DNA of 41,142 nucleotides from a virus (IMGVR_UViG_2718218402_000007:1-41142); one strand, 5' to 3'; positions 19,898 through 29,145 are shown, numbered from the stretch's first letter. Numbers and translations are program-made. The notes: generated from the sequence alone by a model not told the origin.

Positions 19898-21080
19898 CGG
19901 AGGGTTTCGTGGTCATGTTCATCGGTGTGAGATAGACATCCCCACCGGGACGCGGATTCATATCTTCCAGGTCGCGGCAGTCATTGGGAGAGTAAATTCC
20001 CCAGTTAATCCCGGTGGCGTAGGCTTCAAAACGGGACTTCATATCCCCGCGCAGTAACGCCCCGGCGTTAAATTTGGCGTAATAAACGCCCTGCTTACTT
20101 TTTCGTACCAGTCCGGTGTTGATCCGCTGCTCAATGCGGGTCAGATACGGCACCAGTGAATAGTTGATAAATCCCAGCCCCAGTTCTTCGATATTGTTGA
20201 AGGTGGCGCGATCGGTGTTCTGCACCATGTGCAATGGCACACGGAACAGACGACAGATTTCTTCAAGCTGAAACTTGCGGGTTTCCAGGAACTGGCTGTC
20301 CTCGGCGTTCAGCGCCATCGACTTCCAGTCCAGCCCCATCTCAAGGATCATCGGGCGGTGAGCATTACCAAGCCCGGTGTGACGCTCCTCAAAATCTTTC
20401 TTCAGACGCTCATAAGCCTGATCCGACAGCGTCTGCTCTGTACGCAACACACCGGACGTCACCGCACCATTGCTGAACAGTCTGGCCCCGTGCTCTTCGG
20501 TCGCAGCTGCCAGCGATATTGCCTCGCGGGCATAGGCGATGGGATTCAGTCCCACCAGACCGTCCAGCGTCAGCGTGCGCACATGCCAGATATCTTCCTG
20601 GCTCAGTACATCCGTGGAGCCGTCCGGGAATGTGACCTGGTAAACCGGTTCCCAGCTACTGTTAAGCTTCGGTACCACACAACCTGGGTCGACGGGCAGC
20701 AGTTCAGCCACTTCGCCAAATGCTTTCACTTTGTAGGCGTAAAAGTTTCCCCGCAGGCACAGACAGGTGACCACCAGCTCCCAGAACTCCTGCGGCGTCA
20801 TATAGCCATTGGGATGCGTGGAGATCAGCTTATGCAGACGTTCGCCGGTGGCTCTCTGTTTCAGGCTGCCGTTCAGGTGATACAGGTTGCAGGGCAACAT
20901 CCCGACCGACTCCGCCAGCACCCTGACGCAGGAAAAAACCGCCGTCAGTCGCATGGCCCGCTGGCTGCTGATCTGCTTTCCGGTATAGGTGTCATATGAC
21001 AGCCCGATAGCATCCGCCAGCTCTGCTGGCGTGGTCACCGGTGCGTCACTTTTTCGTTGAAATAATCCCGAAAAGAACAC
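19839..21080 (-). CDS. Portal protein (HK97 family)
   Basis: 413 aa; GTG start at 21080; position between the terminase and protease genes. Confidence 0.85.
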   Translation of the reverse strand: MFFSGLFQRKSDAPVTTPAELADAIGLSYDTYTGKQISSQRAMRLTAVFSCVRVLAESVGMLPCNLYHLNGSLKQRATGERLHKLISTHPNGYMTPQEFWELVVTCLCLRGNFYAYKVKAFGEVAELLPVDPGCVVPKLNSSWEPVYQVTFPDGSTDVLSQEDIWHVRTLTLDGLVGLNPIAYAREAISLAAATEEHGARLFSNGAVTSGVLRTEQTLSDQAYERLKKDFEERHTGLGNAHRPMILEMGLDWKSMALNAEDSQFLETRKFQLEEICRLFRVPLHMVQNTDRATFNNIEELGLGFINYSLVPYLTRIEQRINTGLVRKSKQGVYYAKFNAGALLRGDMKSRFEAYATGINWGIYSPNDCRDLEDMNPRPGGDVYLTPMNMTTKPSDGSKAGKQKDNANADETTS

Positions 21081-21262
21081 TATTTACCTCCGCCGACAGA
21101 CGGCTGTGTACGGTCGAGATATCGCGCCACCAGCCACGACCAGAACAGGCACAGCGCCCCGGCAACAACAAACCCCGCCGGGGGATAAATCAGCCAGGCA
21201 CCATACGCCAGCAAAAGCGCACCCAGCACGCCCACCAGAGGCGCGAGAATCAGCATGATCAT
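21080..21262 (-). CDS. Small membrane protein (60 aa, two predicted TM helices)
   Basis: Exactly fills the gap between the terminase large subunit and portal genes; hydrophobic. Confidence 0.4.
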   Translation of the reverse strand: MIMLILAPLVGVLGALLLAYGAWLIYPPAGFVVAGALCLFWSWLVARYLDRTQPSVGGGK

Positions 21263-21273
21263 AATTACCTCAG

Positions 21274-23007
21274 TTAAAGCGAGCGGATCCCGTAGGACTC
21301 AATGTGATCAGACAGCGTGTCTTCTTTCTCGTACAGCATGGCTCTGCCAACCGCCATAATCAGCGCAACTGCACCATCAATTTTGTTTTCCGCCTGCTCC
21401 TTGACGGGCTTCACCACATCATCGTTACCCGGAATGGTTTTGCCGACCACGTTGCCGATACACCAGGTCATGATGGGATTGCCGTCATGATGAAAACGCC
21501 CCGATTCAATTGCCGCTTCCAGCTCTTTCATCGGGTCGGACATGTTGGTGTAGTTCTGAATGATGGTGATGGGGTTCAGGTCTTCATCCGCAAGGTCATG
21601 CGACAGCCCGGTCGCCCCGAAGGGGTCGATGGGTGACTCACTGACCGGGCTGATTTTGTTCGCCGCTTTGGCCTCCTCGAGGATGTAGCGATAATCCACC
21701 TCCGCACCATCGGTAACGGTCAGAACGCCCATTTCCACCCATTTCTGAAAGCGCTCGGCTGTCCGGCGATCTTCATTTTTCTCGACGCTGTACACCGTGT
21801 CATACGGTACCCAGAAGCGCGGAGCCACACTGTAGTAATGCGTTTTACCGTCAATCTCGCGGGTATAAAGTCGCGCCATACTGTTCATATCCAGCTTACG
21901 CGCCAGGTCAAAGGCCAGAATGCACGGCTGCCCCTCAAACTGCTCAAGGGTCAGTGATTTATCCTCGCAGCTCTGCCAGCTCACCAGGTTGAAATACGCC
22001 GAACGCGCCGACACCCAGATATTGAGGTGTTTTGTTTTAAAGACGTTTGCCAGACGGGCGTTATTTTTCGCACGCTGCTGCTGACTTAACAAAAATTCGC
22101 GATAAACCGACACGCCAATATTTGGATTGGCTTTTTCCAGCACCTGCGGGTCGGTCCAGTCGTCACCTTCATCAACGGTATAGATGATCCCGAACAGTTC
22201 ATCGTTGGGCACCGAGCCGTTGAGCATCTCGATGACTTCCCGCCGCTTGTCGTAGCACGGCCCCTCAATGTTGTACCCGGCAGTAGTAATGGCCCACATC
22301 AGTGGCTGACGTCGCGCCCCCATCCCGGTAAGCATCGTGGTGTAAAGCGCATCGGTGGCGTGCTCGTGATATTCATCCACCACCGCACAGTGGGGTGATG
22401 ATCCATCACCGGGGTTACCGATCAGCGGTTCAAACCGCGCGCCATCCTCCGGACGGTTCATGTTTGAGGCGTTAACCTCAATCCCGAACGCTTCCGTCAG
22501 CATGGGTGTGCGTTTACACATCAGTCGCGCCGGGCGAAAGACTTCCCACGCCTGTTTCTCTGTCGTGGCACCGGAATACACTTCCGCGCCAAACTCGTTA
22601 TCACAGGCAAAACAATACAGGGCGACACCGGCAGAGATTGCCGATTTGCCGTTCTTACGGGGGATTTCGGTATACACCTCACGGAAGCGGCGCAGCCGGG
22701 AGCCTTTATTGACCCAGCCAAACGCGCAGCAGATCACAAAGAGCTGCCACGGCTCCAGCGTGATGGGCATCCTCTTGAATGCCCACTCACCCTTGGTGTG
22801 CGGCAACAGCTGAATAAATTTGGCGGCCCGTTCAGCCAGGTCCTTGTCGAAGCGGTAACGAAACGACTTACTTTTTTCCGCCATCAGGTCATCAAGATGG
22901 CGCTGGCAGGCCTGAATCACAAACTGGCAGGCCACAATCTTTCCGCGAACGACATCCCGGGCATACTGATTGGCAGCATTTACGTTGGGGTAAGATTTCC
23001 GGCTCAT
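21274..23007 (-). CDS. Terminase large subunit
   Basis: 577 aa; overlaps the small-subunit gene by 4 bp. Confidence 0.9.
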   Translation of the reverse strand: MSRKSYPNVNAANQYARDVVRGKIVACQFVIQACQRHLDDLMAEKSKSFRYRFDKDLAERAAKFIQLLPHTKGEWAFKRMPITLEPWQLFVICCAFGWVNKGSRLRRFREVYTEIPRKNGKSAISAGVALYCFACDNEFGAEVYSGATTEKQAWEVFRPARLMCKRTPMLTEAFGIEVNASNMNRPEDGARFEPLIGNPGDGSSPHCAVVDEYHEHATDALYTTMLTGMGARRQPLMWAITTAGYNIEGPCYDKRREVIEMLNGSVPNDELFGIIYTVDEGDDWTDPQVLEKANPNIGVSVYREFLLSQQQRAKNNARLANVFKTKHLNIWVSARSAYFNLVSWQSCEDKSLTLEQFEGQPCILAFDLARKLDMNSMARLYTREIDGKTHYYSVAPRFWVPYDTVYSVEKNEDRRTAERFQKWVEMGVLTVTDGAEVDYRYILEEAKAANKISPVSESPIDPFGATGLSHDLADEDLNPITIIQNYTNMSDPMKELEAAIESGRFHHDGNPIMTWCIGNVVGKTIPGNDDVVKPVKEQAENKIDGAVALIMAVGRAMLYEKEDTLSDHIESYGIRSL

Positions 23008-23507
23008 GATTCGATGATTTTCAGAAACGGGTTAGTGGCTTTCTTCTGCCCCGCCAGGCCAATCAGACGCTGGCGGCTGCTGGGGTCGAGTCCGAGCATT
23101 GCCCCCGTGCTGCTCATCTCGGACTCCTGTTCTTTTTTGGCGGTCAGCTCCGGGTTTTTGACCATACCGCCCATTGCACCGGTGATGGTGTTGCCCTGGC
23201 TGGCAATATTTTTCACGGCACGTCGCCAGAACTCATAGGCCACGCACCACCGCTCAAGTACCGCCAGGTCAGTCACGCACAACAGGCCCTGACCGCAGAG
23301 TTCTTTGGTTGTCAGTTGCCACATGATCGTGGCGAGAGGGAGATCTTCTTCAGCGAACCACTCCGGTGGCTCAACACCTTTGATGGGCGTAAAAACAGGT
23401 TCATCTTTGTTCAGGGCTCGCTTGCCGGGGTTTCCGGCCAGCGCCTTGCGCGCCGTTGGCTTGGGGCGACGCCCGGAACGCCCCGCCGTTCCAGCCATAT
23501 GCGGCAC
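23004..23507 (-). CDS. Terminase small subunit (P27 family-like)
   Basis: 167 aa, immediately upstream of the large subunit gene. Confidence 0.8.
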   Translation of the reverse strand: MPHMAGTAGRSGRRPKPTARKALAGNPGKRALNKDEPVFTPIKGVEPPEWFAEEDLPLATIMWQLTTKELCGQGLLCVTDLAVLERWCVAYEFWRRAVKNIASQGNTITGAMGGMVKNPELTAKKEQESEMSSTGAMLGLDPSSRQRLIGLAGQKKATNPFLKIIES

Positions 23508-23548
23508 TCCTGGTTAAATTTCATTTTTCGCGGGTATAAAAAAACGAT

Positions 23549-23597
23549 GGGGCGGGCAGTCCGGAAGACGTCAGGTCACAGGGATTTGACCCGCCCC
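23549..23597. other. Candidate cos/packaging site
   Basis: Inverted repeat GGGGCGGG (23549-23556) / CCCGCCCC (23590-23597) around a central GACGTC palindrome, in the HNH-terminase intergenic region. Confidence 0.3.
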
Positions 23598-23623
23598 TCC
23601 CCTCTGGCAGTGGGAACTGGTTC

Positions 23624-23974
23624 TCACCTCAGCCGTTCACGGGCCGTCTTCGCCTTATGACACGGCCAGCACAGGCTCTGCAGATTACTGTCGGCATCTG
23701 TGCCGCCATGCGCTTTAGGGATGATGTGGTCAACGGTTTTCGCCTCACGCACCACACCAGCACGCAGACATAACTGACACAGGCCTTTGTCACGCTTCAG
23801 CACACGTTCACGGATAGCATCCCATTTCGAACCATAACCGCGCTGATGACGGGATTGTCCAGGTTTGTATTGCTTCCAGCCTTCGCCTTTGTGTTGTTCA
23901 CAGCAGCCAGATGGATTTATAGTTGTTTTGCCGCACCCTCGGACCCGGCAGGCTTTAGGAGTTCGTGGTGGCAT
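23624..23974 (-). CDS. HNH endonuclease (terminase-associated)
   Basis: Zinc-binding cysteines and an HNH motif (...DHIIPKAHGGTDADSNLQSLCWPCHKAK); ATG at 23974. HNH next to terminase is typical of HK97-like cos phages. Confidence 0.85.
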   Translation of the reverse strand: MPPRTPKACRVRGCGKTTINPSGCCEQHKGEGWKQYKPGQSRHQRGYGSKWDAIRERVLKRDKGLCQLCLRAGVVREAKTVDHIIPKAHGGTDADSNLQSLCWPCHKAKTARERLR

Positions 23975-24013
23975 AATTTCTATCTCTTGTACGATTTTGA
24001 AAAGGGCAATTAC

Positions 24014-24265
24014 ATGAATCAAGAAATAATTACCGAATTAGAAAAAGAAATTGATGAATTAAAGCTTGAGACCTCTGCAAATCGCGTAATGATTAAAATC
24101 ATCATGAAATATATTTCAAACACTTCTGGGATGGATGTTAATACTATTTTTCAAGAAGTCGTTGAGGCGATAGCCCCTAATGATATTTCTCCTGAAAATA
24201 CACCAGAAGAAATTGAACGCCTACAGCAATTCAAAGAAAAGTTATTATCTTTTGGTCACGAATAA
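24014..24265 (+). CDS. Small acidic hypothetical protein (83 aa), AT-rich orphan gene
   Basis: ATG at 24014; opposite strand to all neighbours; followed by a hairpin at 24271-24289. Confidence 0.5.
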   Translation: MNQEIITELEKEIDELKLETSANRVMIKIIMKYISNTSGMDVNTIFQEVVEAIAPNDISPENTPEEIERLQQFKEKLLSFGHE

Positions 24266-24270
24266 TAAAT

Positions 24271-24289
24271 AGGCGCCTTCTAGGCGCCT
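24271..24289. terminator. Hairpin terminator between convergent transcription units
   Basis: Stem AGGCGCC / GGCGCCT with a 5-nt loop; the T-rich flank lies on the minus-strand side (ATTTATTATT), so it is more plausibly the lysis-operon terminator. Confidence 0.5.
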
Positions 24290-24459
24290 GAAAATACTAC
24301 ATACCACACTCCCTCAATGATCGCTCCAGTAACGTGGATATTTTCTTAGAGCATATCCCTGCTCCCCTCAACCGTAAACAATGTGTAATTACACTATTAA
24401 TGAGCGACTGGTACGCGCAACCTTGAGCTCTCTGGGATATCATGGCTGCTGCTATGGCA

Positions 24460-24735
24460 CTACTTATTAAGGTTTATCCGTTTACTGACACTCTCTGCTT
24501 CTATTTTACGAATAGAAGTTTTATCCCGATTACAGTTAGTCAGTGCTGACAACAGACTCACATTCAAATCCAGACTGCCTCCATAGGTCAGCGGATCGGG
24601 AATGGCTGGTTGCGGGGTTTCAGCGGTCAGACTTGCCGGTAGCGGTATCACCGGAACTTGTACGTAAACTGTCCGCGTACTTCCGCAACCGGTCAGCAGC
24701 GGCAGCAGGCACAGGACGTGAAGCGCAATCATCAT
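24460..24735 (-). CDS. Rz1-like outer-membrane spanin lipoprotein
   Basis: Lipobox LLTGC followed by a Pro-rich segment; read in the +1 frame overlapping the 3' part of the Rz-like gene and extending beyond it. Confidence 0.7.
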   Translation of the reverse strand: MMIALHVLCLLPLLTGCGSTRTVYVQVPVIPLPASLTAETPQPAIPDPLTYGGSLDLNVSLLSALTNCNRDKTSIRKIEAESVSKRINLNK

Positions 24736-25012
24736 TCGCAACAGCCACTTTGATATCTTCCTGGGTTCTCTGTGACTCCAGTGCGATCTGCTGTTTTGCA
24801 TGCTGGTTAGCCTCCAGAACTGTATTGATGATTTGCATTGATTGCAGGACGTTATTGGTAATGGCAGTTGCTGATTCGGCATTTTGTACAGCCTCATCAG
24901 CGCGTTTCTTTTCGCGCTGGTATTTGCTGTGGTAGTGGTTAGCTGACCAGACGAGAGAACCGAATAAAGTCAGGAGGAAAGCAGAAATAACCAGCTTATA
25001 GCTCAACTTCAT
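24620..25012 (-). CDS. Rz-like inner-membrane spanin
   Basis: N-terminal TM helix followed by coiled-coil-like sequence; directly downstream of the endolysin gene. Confidence 0.75.
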   Translation of the reverse strand: MKLSYKLVISAFLLTLFGSLVWSANHYHSKYQREKKRADEAVQNAESATAITNNVLQSMQIINTVLEANQHAKQQIALESQRTQEDIKVAVANDDCASRPVPAAAADRLRKYADSLRTSSGDTATGKSDR

Positions 25013-25472
25013 TTACCACCCCGCCAACCTCTTTAAACCTTGCAATCAGGTCACCAATTTTATGTTCATACTGACCATAACCAGCGCCCGGCAGTGAAGC
25101 CCAGATATTGCTGCAACGGTCGATTGCCTGACGAATATTGCCGCGGTCAATCATCGGTAAAGCACCACGCTCTTTAATCTGCTGCAGAGCTACAGCGTCC
25201 TGGCTTTCTGGAGAAAAATCTTTCAGGCCAAGCTGTTTACGGTAAGCATCCCACCAGCGTGAAAGAAGTTGATAACGGCCTGCAGCTGTTGATTTGAGTT
25301 TCGGGTTTAGCGTGACAAGTTTGCGAGGGTGATCGGAGTAATCAGTGAAGAGTTCTCCACCGACAATAACGTCATAACCGTGGTTACGTGTCGGTTGTCG
25401 CCCGTTATCCGTTCCTTCTGACCAGGCCACCATATCAAGGAAAGCTTTACGCTGGGGATTTAGTACCTGCAT
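24996..25472 (-). CDS. Endolysin, lambda R-like lytic transglycosylase
   Basis: 158 aa, recognisably close to lambda R (...AFLDM.AWSEGTDNGRQ.TRNHGYDVIVGGELFTDYSDHPRKLV...). Confidence 0.9.
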   Translation of the reverse strand: MQVLNPQRKAFLDMVAWSEGTDNGRQPTRNHGYDVIVGGELFTDYSDHPRKLVTLNPKLKSTAAGRYQLLSRWWDAYRKQLGLKDFSPESQDAVALQQIKERGALPMIDRGNIRQAIDRCSNIWASLPGAGYGQYEHKIGDLIARFKEVGGVVNEVEL

Positions 25473-25475
25473 AAA

Positions 25476-25811
25476 TTACTCCTTCGAGCTACCAAACTTG
25501 TTACCGATTACCCTCATTGCAGCCCCACGAATAGCATCGACCCCGATCAGCCCCACCCCACCACCAATGGCAACAGAAAGTGATTTAGGCCATCCGACAT
25601 ACTCAAGAGCGGATGCAAAGGTCAGTGTCAGAGCGCCACAGAGCAAAATCTCGAGCGTTTTTCGTTTCCAGCCACCACCACTGCCAAAATAGGCAATGCG
25701 CAAGCCAGCCATAACGATCGACATAATCACTGCGCCCAGTGGCGTATCTCCACGCCACCAGCTCTGAAACAACTCCAGCCAGTCTGGCCAGGTATTTGGG
25801 TTATGAGGCAT
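25476..25811 (-). CDS. Holin (putative class I, three TM helices)
   Basis: Three hydrophobic helices and a charged C-terminus, directly upstream of the endolysin gene. ATG at 25811 is the proposed start; the track's longer ORF starts at 25883. Confidence 0.6.
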   Translation of the reverse strand: MPHNPNTWPDWLELFQSWWRGDTPLGAVIMSIVMAGLRIAYFGSGGGWKRKTLEILLCGALTLTFASALEYVGWPKSLSVAIGGGVGLIGVDAIRGAAMRVIGNKFGSSKE

Positions 25812-25888
25812 TTCGTCATCTCTCACCTCGCGATTATTTGCGGGTGCTGTGTTGGAAATAAAAAGGCCACGCAACGTGGCCACCAGAA

Positions 25889-26941
25889 CTATTTCCCCAC
25901 CAGTTCACTTACCTCTTTCACCGTCTGGTTAAACCGCTCTGACTCAAGCTCAACACCTAACGCCCGACGCCCCAGCGCCATTGCTGCTTTTATTGTGGAA
26001 CCGGATCCCATAAAGAAATCAGCAACCAGATCGCCTGGTCGACTACTGGCATTGATTATTTGCCTGAGCATATCCGCCGGTTTCTCACACGGATGTTTAC
26101 CCGGGTAGAACTGAACGGGTTTATGCATCCAGACATCGGTATAAGGCACGGAGACTGATACGGAGAAATAGCGCCGGAGAGATTTAAACTCATCCAGCAA
26201 TTCAGAATATTTGCGATTCAGTGAATCATAAGATGCCACCAGCTGGTGGTGTGGTTGTTCCAGTTGTTGTTCCTGAAACTTCTCTGCCGCTATACGAGAA
26301 AACAGTGCCTGCAACTTCCGGTAGTCAGCCTCGTTCGGCAACTGCCACTGACTGCTACCAAACCAGTGGGAAACCATATTTTTCTTACCTGTGGCTTCGG
26401 CAATCTGTTTTGCCGTTATACCCAGTTCGGCACGAGCATCCCTGAAATACGAAATCAGCGGTGCCATTATGTGCTGTTTGAGTTCCCTTTCTTTTGCCGC
26501 ATAGCCGTCACTTTTGCCGCGATATGGCCCCTGGTAATGTTCAGCAAACAGAACACGCTCTGTGGCGGGAAAATATGCGCGCAGACTTTCTTTATTACAC
26601 CCATTCCAACGTCCAGACGGCTTCGCCCAGATGATATGGTTAAGCACGTTGAAACGTTCACGCATCATGATCTCGATATCAGATGCCAGGCGATGTCCAC
26701 AGAACAGGTAAAGGCTTCCGGATGGTTTCAGTACCCGCCAGAACTGGGCCAGACAGTGGTCCAGCCACTTCAGGTAATCTTCGTCCCCTTCCCACTGATT
26801 GTCCCAGCCGTTGGGCTTCACTTTGAAGTACGGCGGATCGGTAACTATCAGGTCAATGGAATCATCAGGCAGGGACTGAATAAAATGCAGGCAATCAGCG
26901 TTGATTAAATCAACACTGTTTATTTTTACAGTATTTTTCAT
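25889..26941 (-). CDS. Orphan DNA methyltransferase (beta-class N6A/N4C type)
   Basis: DPPY motif near the N-terminus and FxGxG-like FFMGSGST near the C-terminus; no restriction partner visible. Confidence 0.85.
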   Translation of the reverse strand: MKNTVKINSVDLINADCLHFIQSLPDDSIDLIVTDPPYFKVKPNGWDNQWEGDEDYLKWLDHCLAQFWRVLKPSGSLYLFCGHRLASDIEIMMRERFNVLNHIIWAKPSGRWNGCNKESLRAYFPATERVLFAEHYQGPYRGKSDGYAAKERELKQHIMAPLISYFRDARAELGITAKQIAEATGKKNMVSHWFGSSQWQLPNEADYRKLQALFSRIAAEKFQEQQLEQPHHQLVASYDSLNRKYSELLDEFKSLRRYFSVSVSVPYTDVWMHKPVQFYPGKHPCEKPADMLRQIINASSRPGDLVADFFMGSGSTIKAAMALGRRALGVELESERFNQTVKEVSELVGK

Positions 26942-27090
26942 GGATCAGTAAGCGTAACTCTGGTAGGCTCACTTTGCTTTTGCGCTAAAGCAGTGGGCCG
27001 TGGTTCGCTTGTGACCAGTAAGCATGAGCGAATGGCTGGCAGGTGCTACCAACACCCACCAGCCGCCCATTTTCACAAATTAAAAGCCCT

Positions 27091-27285
27091 TCATTGCTGA
27101 AGGCGTCTGTAACAGCCGAACTGGTAATCTGCCAGCCCCGCCATAACCAGCTGGGTCAGTATTAACTGACAGCGTTCGCGTGAAAGGTATGTGTTTTGTG
27201 CTATCTCCCCGACTGTTGCCGGTTCGACGCTTAATTCATTAAAAACAACTTTCGCCGTTTCTGTCATATCTAGCTGTTTTAGCAT
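27091..27285 (-). CDS. Small hypothetical protein with HTH-like segment (64 aa)
   Basis: ATG at 27285 with AAGGAA Shine-Dalgarno; first ORF downstream of the candidate minus-strand terminator at 27405-27432. Confidence 0.45.
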   Translation of the reverse strand: MLKQLDMTETAKVVFNELSVEPATVGEIAQNTYLSRERCQLILTQLVMAGLADYQFGCYRRLQQ

Positions 27286-27404
27286 GTCTTTTTTCCTTCT
27301 GGTTAACATGACATACCAATAACTCTTGTCTAAAAAGCCAGCAAGATAAAAAGTCAGTATTCACGACCACCAGCGTGTTTACTGTACTGCACCAAGTTTA
27401 CAGG

Positions 27405-27432
27405 TACAAAAAAACCGCTCAGCGGCGGGTTT
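27405..27432 (-). terminator. Candidate minus-strand intrinsic terminator (possible tR'-like site of the late operon)
   Basis: On the minus strand: CCGCTGAGCGG hairpin followed by seven T residues. Confidence 0.4.
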
Positions 27433-27477
27433 AAGTTGTGTGGCGAAGTAACCACTCTTAACACGATACAATACTTT

Positions 27478-27507
27478 TTGCGTACGCGTTAGTGAAAAAT
27501 ATATACT
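27478..27507 (+). promoter_or_regulatory. Candidate sigma70 promoter for the two-gene cassette
   Basis: TTGCGT (27478-27483), 18-bp spacer, TATACT (27502-27507); about 80 bp upstream of the cassette start codon. Confidence 0.4.
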
Positions 27508-27586
27508 ATCAAGCACAATCAGTTAACCTTTGGTTCTGCTGAACTAAAAACAGCAATCAGTATTAGTGCTCGTATAAGGAACAGAT

Positions 27587-28522
27587 ATGCTCTTGGGAGA
27601 TAATGAACGTTTCATGATCAAATGCCAGGTTACTTTAAAGAAGTATCCTAATGACGCACCTGACATGCCTTTAGTAAACTGTATTCCTGTTTTAAAAAAT
27701 CGCTATAACAAAGGAGAAGCTGTTTACGAATTAAACAAAGGACGTTCTGTCATAAGATTGCTATCCATAAAAGACGATGAAAATTACCTGAAATTGCTTT
27801 TTCAATATATAAATAAAGATGCTTCTGATCCCGCCTTTTCCAACATAAAAACTGGTGAAACCAGAATTGAGAAAAAGCAAAATGATGAAGGTATGGGGTA
27901 CTCTGCTCATGTGCTTATCAAAAAAAGACCGAGCGACTCATCATTCCAAGATTGTTATGAGGCAATTTTAGAAGAAGTTCCGGGCATTACCAGAGGTTTA
28001 TTAGCCCAAGCTTTAACTTATTTCCTGCGAGAAAATAATTTTTCCTTTATCCGTTCAGGAGGGAAAAAAGAACTTAAGTGCAGACCTATTTTCGACATTG
28101 ATTTTTTGGCTGCAACAACACTTGAGCAATCTCTATCCACTGGTTATTTATGTGGACTTACTGCTACTCGTCGCTTTAAAGATAACTCTTTAGATGATGA
28201 TGGCACAGTAATGGTTGAAGAAGAAACACTAAAGCTATCAACAAAAATACGTCGCGGAGAGGGTGCAATTAAGGCGATTAAGTCTGCATATGACAAACTT
28301 CGTGGTAGAAAGTATACAATGTTAAGAATTTCTTATAAAGACAAAAATAAACGCGTTTCATCAGATCTTGTTTCCATCGGAAAAGAAATGAGCTTACAGG
28401 AACTCGCAACAGCACAATTGGCACAACGTGAAAAAGCAGTGTTGGCATCAACAATTGCCGTTTGCCAAACAGCATTTCACGCAGAACTTCTCGCAAAAAT
28501 GCAAAACTTTATGTTAAAGTGA
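27587..28522 (+). CDS. Uncharacterised soluble protein (311 aa), first gene of the AT-rich cassette
   Basis: ATG at 27587 with AAGGA Shine-Dalgarno 6 nt upstream; strongly AT-rich relative to flanking phage genes; no catalytic or NTP-binding motif recognised by eye. Confidence 0.7.
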   Translation: MLLGDNERFMIKCQVTLKKYPNDAPDMPLVNCIPVLKNRYNKGEAVYELNKGRSVIRLLSIKDDENYLKLLFQYINKDASDPAFSNIKTGETRIEKKQNDEGMGYSAHVLIKKRPSDSSFQDCYEAILEEVPGITRGLLAQALTYFLRENNFSFIRSGGKKELKCRPIFDIDFLAATTLEQSLSTGYLCGLTATRRFKDNSLDDDGTVMVEEETLKLSTKIRRGEGAIKAIKSAYDKLRGRKYTMLRISYKDKNKRVSSDLVSIGKEMSLQELATAQLAQREKAVLASTIAVCQTAFHAELLAKMQNFMLK

Positions 28523-28554
28523 AGGCATGGAAAACCTGTCAAAAGGAGGCATAT

Positions 28555-29124
28555 ATGTATGTTTTATCTAAGGTTTTTACACCTATAGACTACCTACGCA
28601 TAAAGCATCCTGAGAAGCGATTTTTTGACTGGGTTTTACCCATTTTCACTGCTGCAATTATTACTTTATCCATCTATTACTTACCGAAAACCATCTCACT
28701 TCTCGGGAAGGATAGTCTTGTGTCTTTAGTAAACGGGATACTTCAAATACTATCTGGTTTTTACATTGCATCTATGGCTGCAGTTGCAACCTTCAGTAAG
28801 GATGGTATGGATGAAGTTATGCATGGCATACCTCCGGTATTAAAAGGTAAAAAACTTACAAGGCGTAAATTCCTCACTTATCTATTTGGTTATTTAGCGT
28901 TTATGAGCATCGCGCTGTATTTCGTTGGAGGAGCACTTCAACTAACCAGCGCAAGCATCAAGGAATTACACCTTTCATCATATCCACTAGTGAAATCATT
29001 ACTTTTGTTTATTTATTTAAGTACCATATGCAACATTATATACACAACGGCATTAGGTATGTATTTTATGATAGACAAAATGCATGATGAAAAATCGAAA
29101 CTTATAATTAAAGATAAAGAATGA
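28555..29124 (+). CDS. Uncharacterised membrane protein (189 aa, four predicted TM helices), second gene of the cassette
   Basis: AGGAGG Shine-Dalgarno 5 nt upstream of ATG at 28555. Four hydrophobic helices: WVLPIFTAAIITLSIYYL, LVNGILQILSGFYIASMAAVATF, FLTYLFGYLAFMSIALYFVGGAL, LLLFIYLSTICNIIYTTALGMYFMI. Confidence 0.7.
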   Translation: MYVLSKVFTPIDYLRIKHPEKRFFDWVLPIFTAAIITLSIYYLPKTISLLGKDSLVSLVNGILQILSGFYIASMAAVATFSKDGMDEVMHGIPPVLKGKKLTRRKFLTYLFGYLAFMSIALYFVGGALQLTSASIKELHLSSYPLVKSLLLFIYLSTICNIIYTTALGMYFMIDKMHDEKSKLIIKDKE

Positions 29125-29145
29125 GGCTTACGCCTCATTCTTTTT
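29119..29145. terminator. Strong bidirectional intrinsic terminator between the cassette and Q
   Basis: Perfect 9-bp stem GAATGAGGC / GCCTCATTC with TTAC loop; TTTTT on the plus side and a T-rich tract on the minus side. Confidence 0.8.

Noticed and set aside
20229-20999. 256-aa plus-strand ORF inside the portal gene
   Set aside because: Antisense to the portal gene in a GC-rich stretch; Arg/His/Gln-rich junk-like composition.
26246-26908. 220-aa plus-strand ORF inside the methyltransferase gene
   Set aside because: Antisense shadow ORF of the methyltransferase gene; no independent start signals.
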